DNA of 62,993 bases, filler included, from Octopus bimaculoides (GCF_001194135.2; 4 parts of 3 records of this genome joined end to end with filler, not necessarily neighbours in it); one strand, 5' to 3'; shown: positions 12,183-24,400, numbered from the whole stretch's first letter. Numbers and translations: made by a program. Notes: generated by a model not told the origin, from the sequence alone.

Positions 12183-13713
12183 CAGGGGTTGGACAAAATA
12201 ATGGTGTAGCAAACTCATAAGAGGTGGAGAGAGAACATAGGTTCGTTTGCCCAAACAGGAGAAATTGTTGATTTGTCATTGGTTAAAAATTACTGCCCAT
12301 ATACGAATTCTAAACTTTTGTTAAAGAGATCTTTCACGAAGTACGGTTCTTAGAATTCGTGTATGAGCAGTTATAGAAACCCTGATTTTTGGGAAATTAT
12401 TCAGTGATCGTTGGGTTGTAACTCAAATCCACAACACTCACTCTTTTGAGTATCGGCTAATCTTTATGCCATGTTTATTACTCAAATCCTACAAGATTGA
12501 ATCGTTGTGAACGTTAGTACAGATTTTAACTTATAATAACTAAGACAAAATGTTACTTTCCATTATAATATTAATACTAATATATGTAAATAAACTAATG
12601 TAGAAATTATTTTCTTTTACTTCACGTTCTTTCAACTTGTTAAATTTATTTCTGCATTTATGAAACTGTGTATTTGTTTTATGTAACGGTTAAAAGAATA
12701 CGAATCCATATCTTCAACATACATGCACGCATAAAACGCACGTTCAGCGTCTTGATGTGTATAATTCATTACAACATTTACGCAACCTGAATTAAGAGTT
12801 ATGCATGGTGATAAATACTTATAATTAAGTTATAAGTGACGAGTTTACCATCATAGCTTCTTACTTAAGAAATAATAATGTTTATTNNNNNNNNNNTGAC
12901 GAGTTTACCATCATAGCTTCTTACTTAAGAAATAATAATGTTTATTATATCTTACAAATCAAAAGCATTATAAATAAGATACAGTATTCGCCTCCGTTTG
13001 TCACATAAAAATGGAAACACCTTAGAATTTCAAACAAATTTATTTTCATATGGGGTAGGACTGCTTTTGGCAGTAATTACAGCTTGAATCTATGAGGTAT
13101 GGACTTGTACAAAGTTTGAATTGTTTCCAAAGGAATTTTTGTCTATTCTTCAGCTAAAACAGTCTCCAGTTTTTGTAGTGATGATGGTGGAGGATATTGA
13201 CTCCTTACTTGTTTTTCTAAAATGCACCATAAATGTTCAATAATACTGAGATCTGGAGACTGTGGTGGCCAGATAAGATGTTCAACTTCACTAGAATGTT
13301 CCTCATACCATTCGGTAACAACTTTAGCTGTGTGAATTGGTGCATTATCATCCTGAAAGATTGTGTTTCCCTCCGGAAACCATAGGATGAATTTGATCAG
13401 ATAAAATGCTTAGTCTTGACTATTTATTCTGCCATGCAGGGAAACCATTGGGCTGGAAGATTTCCAAGATATAGCCCCCAGATCATCACAGATCCTCCTC
13501 CATGTTTAACAGTTGGAAGAAGGCAGTCTGGGTCAAATGCTTCTTTTGGCTGTCTCCACATGTATACTCAGTCAGTGGTCAGAAATAAGGTAAAGGATGA
13601 CTCATCTGAGAAAATAACATTCTTCCACTGCTCTAGGGACCAATTCTGTAGGTTTTTACTCCACTCTAAATGCTTTGCAATGTTTGTTTTTGAAAAGAGT
13701 GGTTTTCTGATTG
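12183..13713 (-). mobile_element. Second copy of the same Tc1 family (3' half), with its TIR split by an insertion
   Basis: TA plus CAGGGGTTGGACAAAATAATGG [insertion 12205-13005] ...AAACACCTTAG. 13015-13713 is the reverse complement of the transposase 3' half seen at about 42250-42970. Ends at a gap. Confidence 0.88.
12205..13005. mobile_element. About 750-800 bp TG...CA element of unknown class, nested in the Tc1 TIR
   Basis: Ends TGTAGCAAAC...GTTTGTCACA (8/10 inverted match). Flanks AAATAATGG / TAAAAATGG (7/9 direct match). No ORF. Confidence 0.55.
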
Positions 13714-14220
13714 NNNNNNNNNNNNNNNNNNNNNNNNNNNNNNNNNNNNNNNNNNNNNNNNNNNNNNNNNNNNNNNNNNNNNNNNNNNNNNNNNNNNNNN
13801 NNNNNNNNNNNNNNNNNNNNNNNNNNNNNNNNNNNNNNNNNNNNNNNNNNNNNNNNNNNNNNNNNNNNNNNNNNNNNNNNNNNNNNNNNNNNNNNNNNNN
13901 NNNNNNNNNNNNNNNNNNNNNNNNNNNNNNNNNNNNNNNNNNNNNNNNNNNNNNNNNNNNNNNNNNNNNNNNNNNNNNNNNNNNNNNNNNNNNNNNNNNN
14001 NNNNNNNNNNNNNNNNNNNNNNNNNNNNNNNNNNNNNNNNNNNNNNNNNNNNNNNNNNNNNNNNNNNNNNNNNNNNNNNNNNNNNNNNNNNNNNNNNNNN
14101 NNNNNNNNNNNNNNNNNNNNNNNNNNNNNNNNNNNNNNNNNNNNNNNNNNNNNNNNNNNNNNNNNNNNNNNNNNNNNNNNNNNNNNNNNNNNNNNNNNNN
14201 NNNNNNNNNNNNNNNNNNNN

Positions 14221-14261
<41 letters not shown>

Positions 14262-14317
14262 ATTTATATATATATTACACACACACACACACATTTAAAC
14301 AGTATCTATTACACATA

Positions 14318-15168
14318 TAGGGTGCATCAGTTTTTTGATGACACATCTTTCAAGAGCTTTAACTTTCTTCTAATTGTTTTACTTTACTTTTCAGATAAAT
14401 AATGTTACACATCAGGCAGTAAATGAAAAAGGAGGCTGAAATCATTGCTAAACAAGTTAAAACACCAAGAAGCTGGAATGCTTTGGTGTTTTATCAAATG
14501 AGAAAAACTTCAATCAGGACCAAAAGGTAAATCAAAGGAACGACAGATGGTTATGCAGAGACCTGAATGAGGTTCCACCTGTCATGCATCCTATGTTCCC
14601 AGCAAATATAATGGTTCTGGGAGTTGTCATGCCTCCTCGTTTTTTTTTCACGGGGCTTGTCAGTGCTTGTGTCTACATAGAGGTGTTGGTGAAAGTTGTA
14701 AAACCTTGGATAAACAGTATGCAAAAGAAGACTATACGTCTTCCAACAAGACTTTATGTTGTCTCATAAGATTAGGACAACCCAAGTGTGGAAGCGTGCC
14801 AATCTCCAGGATCACTGTTCTCCCAGATACATGGCCTCATAGCTCACCAGACTCAATCCACTATTCTATTAAGTATAGTCAAGAGAGAGAGGTCAATCAA
14901 CATGCCTATAACACCATACAATCTCTCAAGTCTACCATAACGAGCGCTATGTCCAAAATTGATAAAGATTATCTGATTTGAACATATTAATGCTTCCGAC
15001 CCCATATTGAAGCAGCTATTGATGCTGACGGTGGATTCATTGAATGGGTCTGATAAAAAGATTCCTGAGATTATTTGTACCAATTTATTTTCAAATTTAG
15101 CTTTCCTTTGATGAGCTGTGCGTCTTTTTCTAAATTCATACAAATGACCTCAAAAAACTGACGCACCC

Positions 15169-15170
<2 letters not shown>
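14318..15170 (+). mobile_element. Internally deleted maT/DD37D-like (Tc1/mariner superfamily) transposon
   Basis: TIRs TAGGGTGCATCAGTTTTTTGA / TCAAAAAACTGACGCACCCTG, with TA on the left. Relic peptides FPANIMVLGVVMPPRFF...EVLVKVVKPW, WPHSSPD and FRPHIEAAIDADGGFIE. Confidence 0.8.
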
Positions 15171-15204
<34 letters not shown>

Positions 15205-15209
<5 letters not shown>

Positions 15210-16055
15210 TCATCGTCGTCGTTTAACATCCACTTTCCATGCTAGCATGGGTTGGACGATTTGACTGAGGACTGGTGAAGCCAGATGGCTACACCAGGCT
15301 CCAATCTGATTTGGCAGAGTTTCTACAGCTGGATGCCCTTCCTAACGCCAACCACTTTACAGCATGGACTGGGTACTTTTTTGTAGCACCTGCACTATTA
15401 AGGTCTCCATGCAGTTTGCATGGCAACAAATCCTGGGGGAAATAGAGGGGACAGCTTCATGCTAGGGGAATGAGGAGATTATTATGAGAAGATGGGGGGT
15501 GAAAAGCAAGTTTTTTTTTTTTGAGGGATCTATGTGGCTACTTACCCCTAATAAGGGAGAGAAAAAGAGAAAAGATCAGTAGAAACTGCAAGAGATAGAT
15601 AATGGCAATGAAGAGCCCAGGTGACCCCACAAGGTGCAAAGTGAGTAAAAGTTGGTGGGTGGTCAGTTTGCAAGACTGTATGGAAAGGAGAATGATGGGG
15701 AAGCAGACTGCCAAAATGGGTAGGGTTGAAGAGTGGCTAAGCAAAGAACCATGGGCTGGAGGAAGACAGATGGATGCAAAAGAGAGTAAGGAAGAGCAGC
15801 AGAAGTAGTAAAGGTGATACAGTTGCCAGGAAAGAAGACAAGAGAGAGGGGTGGCATGATTGGGTAGTCTGTAAGAACCGAGGTGGGAGGGAAGAAAAAG
15901 CAGGCACAATGCGTGAAAGGAGAGTGTGAGTTACTGTAACATGGGTGGCAAGTACAAAACAACACTTCCAGAATTCAGTTTTGCTGAGTAGGACAAGTCT
16001 TTTTGAAAATCTCACATCAGCAGAAATCCTAGTCATTTGTCATCCATTCTGTCAA
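15205..16055 (-). mobile_element. 5'-truncated RTE 3' end (second subfamily with a CT-rich 3' UTR)
   Basis: Starts with catcatcgtcgtcgtttaacatccactttccatgctagc, the reverse complement of the RTE tail. An ORF-end-like sequence lies near 15960-16050. Confidence 0.6.
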
Positions 16056-16057
16056 TA

Positions 16058-17010
16058 TCATCATCACTTAACATCTGCCTTCCATGCTGGCATGGGTGGG
16101 ACAGTTTGACAAGAGTTGGCCGGGCACAAGACTGCACCAGACTTCTGTAACTGTTTTGGCAGGATTTTTACAGCTGGATACCCTTCCTAACTCCAACCAC
16201 TCAGCGGAGTGGACTTAGTGCTTTTTACATGGCACAAGCGCAGGCAAGGTCAGTTTTGGCAAAGTTTTTACAGCTGGATACCCTTCCAAATGCCAACCAC
16301 TTTACAGTGTGGACAGAGTGCTTTTTAAGTGGCATCTGCACTGACAAGATCACCAAGTACTTGCAAGACAATAAATTTTAAAAAACTCTTTTGAGAGGGG
16401 AGGGGCATTGGAGGAGGTGATCTTGTATCAGATGATGAAAGGTTATAGTGAAGCAGAGAGACGGAAACAGGTGTCTTGCTGCAGAGGAGGTCCAAGGTTA
16501 GAGAGAGAGAGAGATCAGGAATGAAGATAGAAACAGGTGTGCTGCCACAAAGGAAATACATGGTTACCCAACCTGAGGGAAGTGGAGGAGGAGAGAGAGG
16601 GGGAAGAGACAGTAGGATAAAGATGGTGGCAAAGTGCCTGGCATAGGCAATGATACAGTGTGACAGGACGTGGGTGGAACACGCAGGTCGGAAGCTAGCA
16701 GATAGCAACAATACAGTGGCACAGGGCCAAGAGGACAGGATTGGGGAGTGGGAGGTAAGCTTAGTACATGAAGTGGAAATGTGAGGAATGGAAGAGATGT
16801 AGTTTGGTTTGTTGGGGTAGAGTGTGTGAGAAATTTTCTTGTTAAGTGTGGGTGGGACACAGTGCTTCTAGAACTCAGTTTCGCTGACATGGGTGGGTCT
16901 TCTCAAGAACTTCATATCTCCAGACATCTTAGGCCATTGTCATTTCCTGTGTGAGGCCCAACACCCTGACATCGGTGGTCTCAACTTTATTCTCACTGCA
17001 TGGCACGTTA
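16058..17010 (-). mobile_element. 5'-truncated RTE 3' end, tandem to the previous copy
   Basis: Tail reverse complement at 16058-16200. The minus strand near 16870-16975 reads DVRVLGLTQEMTMA*DVWRYEVLEKT, similar to the RTE ORF end at 19560-19630. Confidence 0.65.
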
Positions 17011-17250
17011 GGCAAATATCTTTTGCTACAGATATAGACTGACTGAAGTTTAATGAGTGGATTTGACAGACAGCAATTGAGAAAAGCTCATTGTATGTGT
17101 GTGCGTACACTCACACACTTGACAAAGTACAGCACAGTTGTTGTCTACTGCATTTTATTCACAAATGAAAGCTATATATATGTGTACATTTGTGTTAGTG
17201 TGCAGCACTGTGAAACAATGCACCCCTTTATCAGAAACATAACTTAGCCA

Positions 17251-20156
17251 CATTTAAAAGTCACCTATTCACCTACCAGACTGATGGACACACTAGTCAG
17301 ATTGACTACATCATCACCATGGAACGGGAAAGATGGCTGCTTATAAATGCCAAAACCTTCTCAGGTGAAGAATGCACCCCACAACATAGGTTAGTAGTGA
17401 GTGACTTCAAGATCAGGACTAAATGGATGCTCAGAAGACGACCAGCATGGAAAAGAAGGATCTGGAAGCTTATGGATCCTGTGAATGGACAGAGATTTAG
17501 AAACATATTACTCGAGGCTTTTGATGAAATAGAGGAGGATATAGCATCAAATAATGTGGAAGACAACTGGAGGTTCCTACAGGACAACCTGTTGAGGGCT
17601 ACTGATTAGATCTGTGGAAGGGGCAAAGTCCCCTTTTGACCTAAGGTAACGTGGTGGTGGAACAATGTAGTTGACAGGTATGGAAGGACTGGAATAACAG
17701 TATCAGATTGCCAGAAGGGAAGCAAGAAGATAGGTTTACTTAACCAGAGGGGAAGCAGATAAGAAAACATTTGCCAATGTTTTGTGTCATAAGGACCAAA
17801 GACTTGAAGTGTTTCATGTTGCAAGACAGTGTGTGAGAGAGAATTGTGATGTCGTAGGAGAGAAATGTGTCTGCATGGATGATGGCTCACTTGCATTTAA
17901 TGAAGCTGCAAAGAGAGAGACTTGGAGATGCCACTATGAAAGGTTGCTCAATAAAGAGAATGAATGGGAGAAGGAGAGTCTGCTAAATGTCAACCCAACA
18001 GAGGGACCAGCTATCCGAATTGACATGGTAGATAAAGCAATTAAGGGTATGAAGACAGGGAAAGCCCCTAGCCCATCAGGAATCACGGCACAGATGCTTA
18101 AAATATCTGGTGGTGTAGGCTATAGTCTAATCACCTGTATAGTCAATCAGGTGATACACGAAGGAGTCATACACAATGACTGGTGTAGCAGCACAATAGT
18201 CAACTGCTACAAAGGTAAAGCTGAAGACTTAGATAGAAATAATTACAGAGGTATCAAGTTGTTAGATCAGGTAATGAAAGTCATGGAGAGGGTCATAGGC
18301 CAACTAATTAGGGAGCGAATCAGTTTAGATGAGATGCAGTTTGGGTTCGTGCCTGGGAAAAGCACCACTGATGCTATATTTCTGGTAAGACAGCTGCAGG
18401 AGAAATACCTAACCAAAGATAAGCCTCTGTACTTGGGTTTCGTTGACATAGAGAAAGCTTTTGACAGGGTCCCCCGATCCTTTATCTGGTGGTCAATGCA
18501 GAAACTAGACATAGATGAGCGGTTAGTGAGAGTTGTACAAGCTGTGTACAGAGAAGCTATCAGTAAGGTGAGGGTTGGCAACGAGTATAGTGAAGAATTC
18601 CAGGTAGGGGTAGGGGTCCACCAAAGATCAGTCCTCAGTCTCCTCTATATTCACCATAGTCCTCCAGGCAATAACAGAGGAATTCAAGACAAGATGCTTC
18701 TGGGAGCTCCTCTATGCTGATGATCTTAGTCTAATAGCTGAATCACTATCAGAATTAGAGAAGTTTCAGGTATGGAAGCAAGGTCAAGAATCGAAGGGCC
18801 TTAGAATCAATCTAGCAAAAACCAAAGTCTTAGTAAGTAGGAAGGTAGACAAATCACAAATCCTTTCAGGTAGATGACCTTGCTCGATCTGTAGAAACTT
18901 CATAAGGTGTACCCGGTGTAAGCTATGGACACATAAGAGGTGCAGCAATATCAAAGAAGGCTAACTGGGACGATTGTTTTTGTGTGTAGCAAATGTACAG
19001 GGGTAATAGACACTGAAAATGTGTAGAAAATAGCTTCAGTTTCATGCCAGGAGGAAAAACTAGAAGTAGTTGATAGCTTCTGCTACCTAAGGACCCAAGT
19101 CAGTAGTGGGGGTGGATACTCTGAGAGCATAGCTACTAGAATAAGAATAGCCTGGACAAAGTTCAGAGAGCTCCTACCTCTGTTGGTAACAAAGGATCTC
19201 TCACTCAGACTGAAAGGTAGACTGTATGACGCATGCTTGTGAACAGCCATGCTATATGGCAGTGAAACATGGGCGATGACTGCTGAGGACATGTGTAAAG
19301 CATGCAAGAAATGAAGCCAGTATGCTTTGTTGGATGTCAGTGTGCATACACAACAAAATGTAAGCACCCTGAGAGGAAAATTAAATATAAGCGGCATCAG
19401 ATGTGGTGTGCAAGAGAGACAACTGTGCTGGTATGGTCATGTGTTGTGTGTGGATGAGGACAGCTATGTGAAAAAGTGTCACACCTTAACAGTGAAGGGA
19501 ACCTGTGGAAGAGGTAGACCCAGGAAAACCTGGGGGGAGGTGGTGAAGCACGGCCTTTGAACATTGGGCCTCAAGGAGGCAATAACAAGTGACCGAGACC
19601 TTTGGTAATATGCTGTGCTTGAAAAGACCCAGCAAGCCAAGTGAGACCGTAGGTGTGGCTTATGCCAGTGTTGCATAACTAGCCATCACGACCACATTGT
19701 TGAATAAACTATGCTTGAGAAGACCTGCTGATTCAAGTGAAATCATTGTCATGGCTGGCATGACTGGCACCAGTGCTGGTGGCATATAAAAAGCACCATT
19801 CGAGCATGGTCGATGCCAGTCCCTCTGAACTGGCTTCTGTGCTGGTGGCACATAAAATGCACCATACGAATATAGTCAATGCCAGTGCTGTCTGACTGGC
19901 TCCCATGCCGGTGGCATATAAAAAGCACCATTCGAGTGTGGTTGATGCCAATAATGCCTGACTGACCCTCATGCCGGTGGCACATAAAAAGCACCCACTG
20001 CACTCAGAGTGATTGGCGTCAGGAAGAACATCCAGCTGTAGAAACCTTGCCAAATCAGATTGGAGCCTGGTGCAGTCTTCAGGCTTGCCAGTCCTCAATC
20101 AAACCATCCAAACCATGCCAGCATGAAAAGCAGATGTTAAACAATGATGATGATGA
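17251..20156 (+). mobile_element. 5'-truncated, decayed RTE-clade LINE (end of APE domain, RT, 3' UTR, (GAT)n tail)
   Basis: APE C-terminus (TY...GHTSQIDYI near 17270-17318). RT motifs YRGIKLL, QFGFVPGKSTTDAIF and DIEKAFDRVP; frameshifted YADD at 18713-18724; YGSETW near 19255; RQLCWYGHV...GRGRPRKTW; multiple stops and frameshifts. The 3' UTR has 66-bp tandem units and ends in gatgatgatga. Confidence 0.92.
19775..20000 (+). repeat. 66-bp tandem units inside the RTE 3' UTR (about 3.3 copies)
   Basis: The motif ggcaYataaaa recurs at 19781, 19847, 19913 and 19979 (spacing 66). Confidence 0.8.
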
Positions 20157-21906
20157 AATTGATAAAATAAGTACCAGATAGAAACAATTACTAGGGTGGA
20201 TATGACTGACTAAAACCAAAGCAGATTGTGCCCCCAACATAGCTAAAGATGAATGACTGAAACCTGTAAATGAATAAAAGAACATTTGTCATGCTCTAAC
20301 ATAACCTTGGAGTATATCCCATTGAAAGACTGTGACAGTCGAACAACTGAAAGACCAACATTCTGACCTCACTCAGTTTTGCTGTGCAATCAAAGGAGCA
20401 TATTCTCTCAATCAGATTATTTATCATCACTACTAATATCCAGAATAGACCATGTGGTAGATAGGATTTGACAATTGGAGCAGTGTTCCTGAAAGTGGGT
20501 TCTGAGGAACCTCAAGATTCTATGCAAATTTCTGGAGTCTCTGCAAAATAAAGAGTCCTGTAATAAAATTTAATGCTTCATTCACCACTGCCAACATCAC
20601 TTGACAACTGGTGTTAGTTGGTTTATGTCTTCTCAACTTAGGAGTTCAGCAAAAAAGGCCGGTGGTCACTGTCCAATGATGGAAACATGTGAAAAGAAAA
20701 AAGTTTATCATTCTAATATGAATAAATTTTGACTCTAAAATATTTTTTGTTTTAATTTAATGCTTCCTAGCCACGTGGTTTCAGGTTCAGTCCCACTGTA
20801 TGGTAGCTTAGGCAAGTGTCTTCTGCTATAACCTCAGGCTGACCGAAGCCTTATGATTGAATTTAGTAGGTGGAAGTTATTGTCGTGTGTGTATATGCTT
20901 GTGCCTCCTAACAGAGTCATATTAAAATTAGGGTTGTGAGAATTGTCTGTCAAATATTGGTATAGGTCCTACAAGTTTTGGAAACTCATACAAAGGATTC
21001 TACAACAAAATAAGTTTGGAAAGCCCAAAGTGTACATCATTTGTTTTAGTTGAACAAATCAATCCTGACCCCAGTACTTATTTTCTTGATCTCTTCTGGT
21101 AACCTGTAAGAATATAATCAAACCAACACCAATTGTGAAGAGGTGTAGGGGAGACAAACACAAAAATACACACACCTTGTGTAGTAAGAAGCTTGCTTCC
21201 CAACCACATGGTTCCAGGTTCAGTCCCACTGCATGGCACCTTGAGCAAGTGCCTTCTACTATAGCTTTGGGACAACCAAAGCCTTGTGAGTAGATTTGGT
21301 AGACGGAAACTGAAAAAAGTTTGTCACATGTGTCTGTGTTTGCCCATCATGACCACCACCACTTGACAACTAGTGTTGGTTTGTTTATGTCTCCATATCT
21401 TAGTGGTTTGGCAACAGAGACCAATAGAATAAGTACTAGGCTTTAAAAATAGAATAAGGCCTGGGGTTGATTTGTTTAGCTAAACCCTTCAAGGTGGTGC
21501 CCCAGTATGGCTGCAGTCCAGTGTCTAAAACAAGTAAAAAAAAATTGAGTGCTTGCACATAAGTGTGTCTATAAATATATATATAAGTAACTGGCACTCT
21601 ATTGGTTACGATGACAAGGGTTGATCAACGGAACAGTCAGCTCGTGAAATTAACATGCAAGTGGCTGAGCACTCCACAAACACGTGTACCCTTAACATAG
21701 TTCTTATGTAAATTCAATGTGATAAGACTGGCCTTTTGAAATACAGGTACTACTCATTTTTGCCAGCTGAGTGGAGTAGAGCAATGTGAAATAAAGTGTC
21801 TTGTTCAAGGACACAACATGTCACCGGGAATTGAACTCACAACCTTACAGTTATAAGCCAACTGCTAAGCCACATGCCTTCACAAGTATATGTGTATACG
21901 TGTGTG

Positions 21907-22161
21907 TAGAAAAATGAATGAAAAGAGAAATAAGGAAGGCTAACAATGCAGAGAAATTAAAAAAGATTTACATTTTGAATGCAAAGGCCTCTCTTCAGAT
22001 GAACACAAAGAAATGTCTATTTACAAAGATTTTGTTATTTCAGATAGCTTGGTGTCCGAAATATTTTCTGAAGAAGGGCCTTAGTGCCTGAAGTATAAAA
22101 CTTTTTAAAACTTTCTGCATTGTTAGAAGCTTTCCTTATTCCTCTTTTCATTCATTTTCTA
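21907..22161. mobile_element. Old, diverged fold-back element with hammerhead remnants
   Basis: tagaaaaatgaatgaaaagagaaataaggaaggctaacaatgcag...ggcctctcttcag (21907-21998) versus ctgaagaagggcc...ctgcattgttagaagctttccttattcctcttttcattcattttcta (22068-22161). Core CTGAAGA at 22068-22074, stem aggc/gcct, GAAG at 22090-22093. Confidence 0.55.
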
Positions 22162-22375
22162 TTTCAGTACTACAATGGGCTTCTTTCAGTTTCTGTCAAT
22201 CAAGTCCACTCACAAAGCTTTGGTCAGTCTGAGGTTATAGCAGAAAAGACTTGCCCAAGGTGTCACACAGTGGGACTGAACTTGGAACCGTGTGGTTGAG
22301 AAGCAAACTTCTTACCACAGAGCTATGCTTGTGCCTATGTGAATTTATAGACCACATGCTGCAAAAACTGTGTAT

Positions 22376-22406
<31 letters not shown>

Positions 22407-22903
22407 GCCTAGTTCTGAAAGAGTGTTGATATTATAACCATAGAGATGAGATGAAATCTAACTCAAAAAGGGAATATACAGCACTAACTGCACAGAAGAT
22501 GAATGAACCTAACTGGGTTCAAGATTGTGACACTTCAGTTTAGATAATTTCAACATCATCATCATCATGTTGAGGTTGATTTTCTACAGCCAGATGCTCT
22601 TCCTGTCACCAACCCTTACCTACTTTCAAGCAAAGTAATATTTTTCAACAACTAGACATGTTTTTCACAGAAGACTGGAAATGGACAATCTTGCTTGTAT
22701 AACACTGATGCTTGTTTACAACTATAACATGATTTCTAAAGAAGGGAGGCATGAATGTGTGATAAGAAGCTTCTGGGTTCTGGGTTCAGTCCCACTACGT
22801 GGCACCTTGGACAAGTGTCTTCTACTATAGCAGCGGGCCAACTAAAGCCTTATGAGTGGATTTGGTAGACGGAAATTGAAAGAAGCCTGTTGTCTATGTA
22901 TGT

Positions 22904-22937
<34 letters not shown>

Positions 22938-23291
22938 ATCTATATGTTTGTGTCTGTGTTTGTCCCCCCCACCACCACCACCTGACAACTGGTGTTGGTG
23001 TGTCTGCATCTCTGTAACTTAGCAGTTTGGCAAAAGAGAACAATAGAATAAGTACCAAGCTCAAAAAAAAAAAGTACTGGGGGTCAATTCATCTGACTAA
23101 AAATTCAAGGCAGTGCTCCAGCATGGCTGCAGTCTGATGACTGAAACAATTAAAAAAAAAAAAAAGATATACACACACACACACATATACTGATGTATGT
23201 TTCTGTATTCAGTTATAATGAAAACAATTTTACATTAATTTGATGTATTACTCTATAGCTTTGTAGAGTACAAATTCAGACATATCTATAT

Positions 23292-23391
23292 NNNNNNNNN
23301 NNNNNNNNNNNNNNNNNNNNNNNNNNNNNNNNNNNTTAATTAATTAANNNNNNNNNNNNNNNNNNNNNNNNNNNNNNNNNNNNNNNNNNNN
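23292..23391. other. Assembly join: 100-bp gap with an artificial TTAATTAATTAA six-frame-stop linker
   Basis: 44 N + TTAATTAATTAA (23336-23347) + 44 N. The same linker occurs at 49098-49109 and 52803-52814. Confidence 0.9.
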
Positions 23392-23458
<67 letters not shown>

Positions 23459-23540
23459 GCACGCTCATACACACACACGTACACACATATAAATATATAC
23501 ATATGCAAACAGTGCGATCGAAGATAAGAAAGTATGTAAT

Positions 23541-23584
23541 TGGTGTATATGCATATTTCAGGAGTCATTACTCCTTCAGCACCA
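23541..23584 (-). ncRNA. Decayed hammerhead motif (3-nt core deletion)
   Basis: Reverse complement: TGGTG-CTGA[NGA missing]-AGGAGT aatg ACTCCT-GAAA-TATGCATA-T-A-CACCA. All three stems are perfect. An inverted partial copy lies at 23834-23905. Confidence 0.55.
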
Positions 23585-24084
23585 CACCCATTAAGAATCC
23601 ACGCACACATTGCTTAAATAGCCATTACGTTTACGGTATAACACTATTAGATAGACCAATTCACATATTTGTAGAAATAACTTGAAACTGACTGAATTTC
23701 ACCGCTAACACATAAAAGGCAAGACATATTTTTGACTTACGAACCATTGATATTATTGTTGCTAAATGAAATATGATGTCTCTATCATCAGTTAATATGG
23801 GCATACCAGTTGCCAGGCATGTATTTAAACCGCTCTATCGAATAGTGTTATACCACTAAAATTAGTGGCTGTTTAAGCAATGACTCCTGAAATATGCCTA
23901 TGCATTGATTGCATTGTTTACATTGACGTATTTGCACACCAAACATCGTAACTTTCAGTTCTGGCTCTAAATTCTCTAGACTCTCTGTAGAGATTACTTA
24001 AAAGCGATTGAATTGCGCTAACACAAAAAGGTAAGACACAATATTGATTTATAAATCATTAATATACTTGGTAGTGTGACAGTA

Positions 24085-24400
24085 CCTGGCTTAGCGGCTA
24101 GGGTATTCGGCTTGCAATCGTAGAGTCGCGAGTTCGATTCCCGGCGGCGCGTTGTGCCCTTGAGCAAGACACTTTATTTCACGGTACTCCAGTCCACTAA
24201 GCTGGCAAAAATGAGTAGCAACTGTATTTCAAGGAGCCAGCCTTGTCACACTCTGCGTCATGCCGTATCTCCCTGAGAAGTATGTGAAGGGGTACGCGGG
24301 ACTGTGAAGTGCTCAGCCACTTGCACGTTAATCCCACTAGCAAGCAGTTCTGTTGATCGGATCAAATGGAAACCTCCTCGTCGTAAGCGATGGAGTGCCA
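24085..24400 (+). mobile_element. tRNA-headed SINE, family D
   Basis: A-box-like TGGCTTAGCGG and B-box GAGTTCGATTCCC, then gtgcccttgagcaagacactttatttcac. Inverted copies at about 10070-10365 and 21590-21885. Confidence 0.85.

Noticed and set aside
12837-12946. 50-bp direct repeat around a 10-N gap
   Set aside because: Exact duplication on both sides of a gap indicates an unmerged contig overlap.
13416-14402. Long ORFs in the track (328 aa, 275 aa, 277 aa and similar) here and at 53861-54694 and 56366-57203
   Set aside because: Their length comes from N runs translated as X.
23336-23347. Palindromic TTAATTAATTAA islands in the middle of N runs (also 49098-49109 and 52803-52814)
   Set aside because: Identical 12-mer with stops in all six frames, centred in 100-bp gaps: an artificial scaffold linker, not biology.
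23738-23810. Possible first exon of the MADF gene (MPILTDDRDIIFHLATIISMV, phase-1 donor GTAAGT)
   Set aside because: It lies in the spacer of the 23541-23905 fold-back element and has no MADF residues; the phase match alone is not enough.
24020-24040. Plus-strand donor AAAG|GTAAGA as the end of a first exon of the EF-hand gene
   Set aside because: No ORF, promoter evidence or link to the exon 29 kb away; donor-like 9-mers are frequent.
24085-24145. tRNA-like A/B boxes as possible tRNA genes (also 24480-24545 and other SINE heads)
   Set aside because: No complete cloverleaf, and each continues into a multi-copy SINE body.
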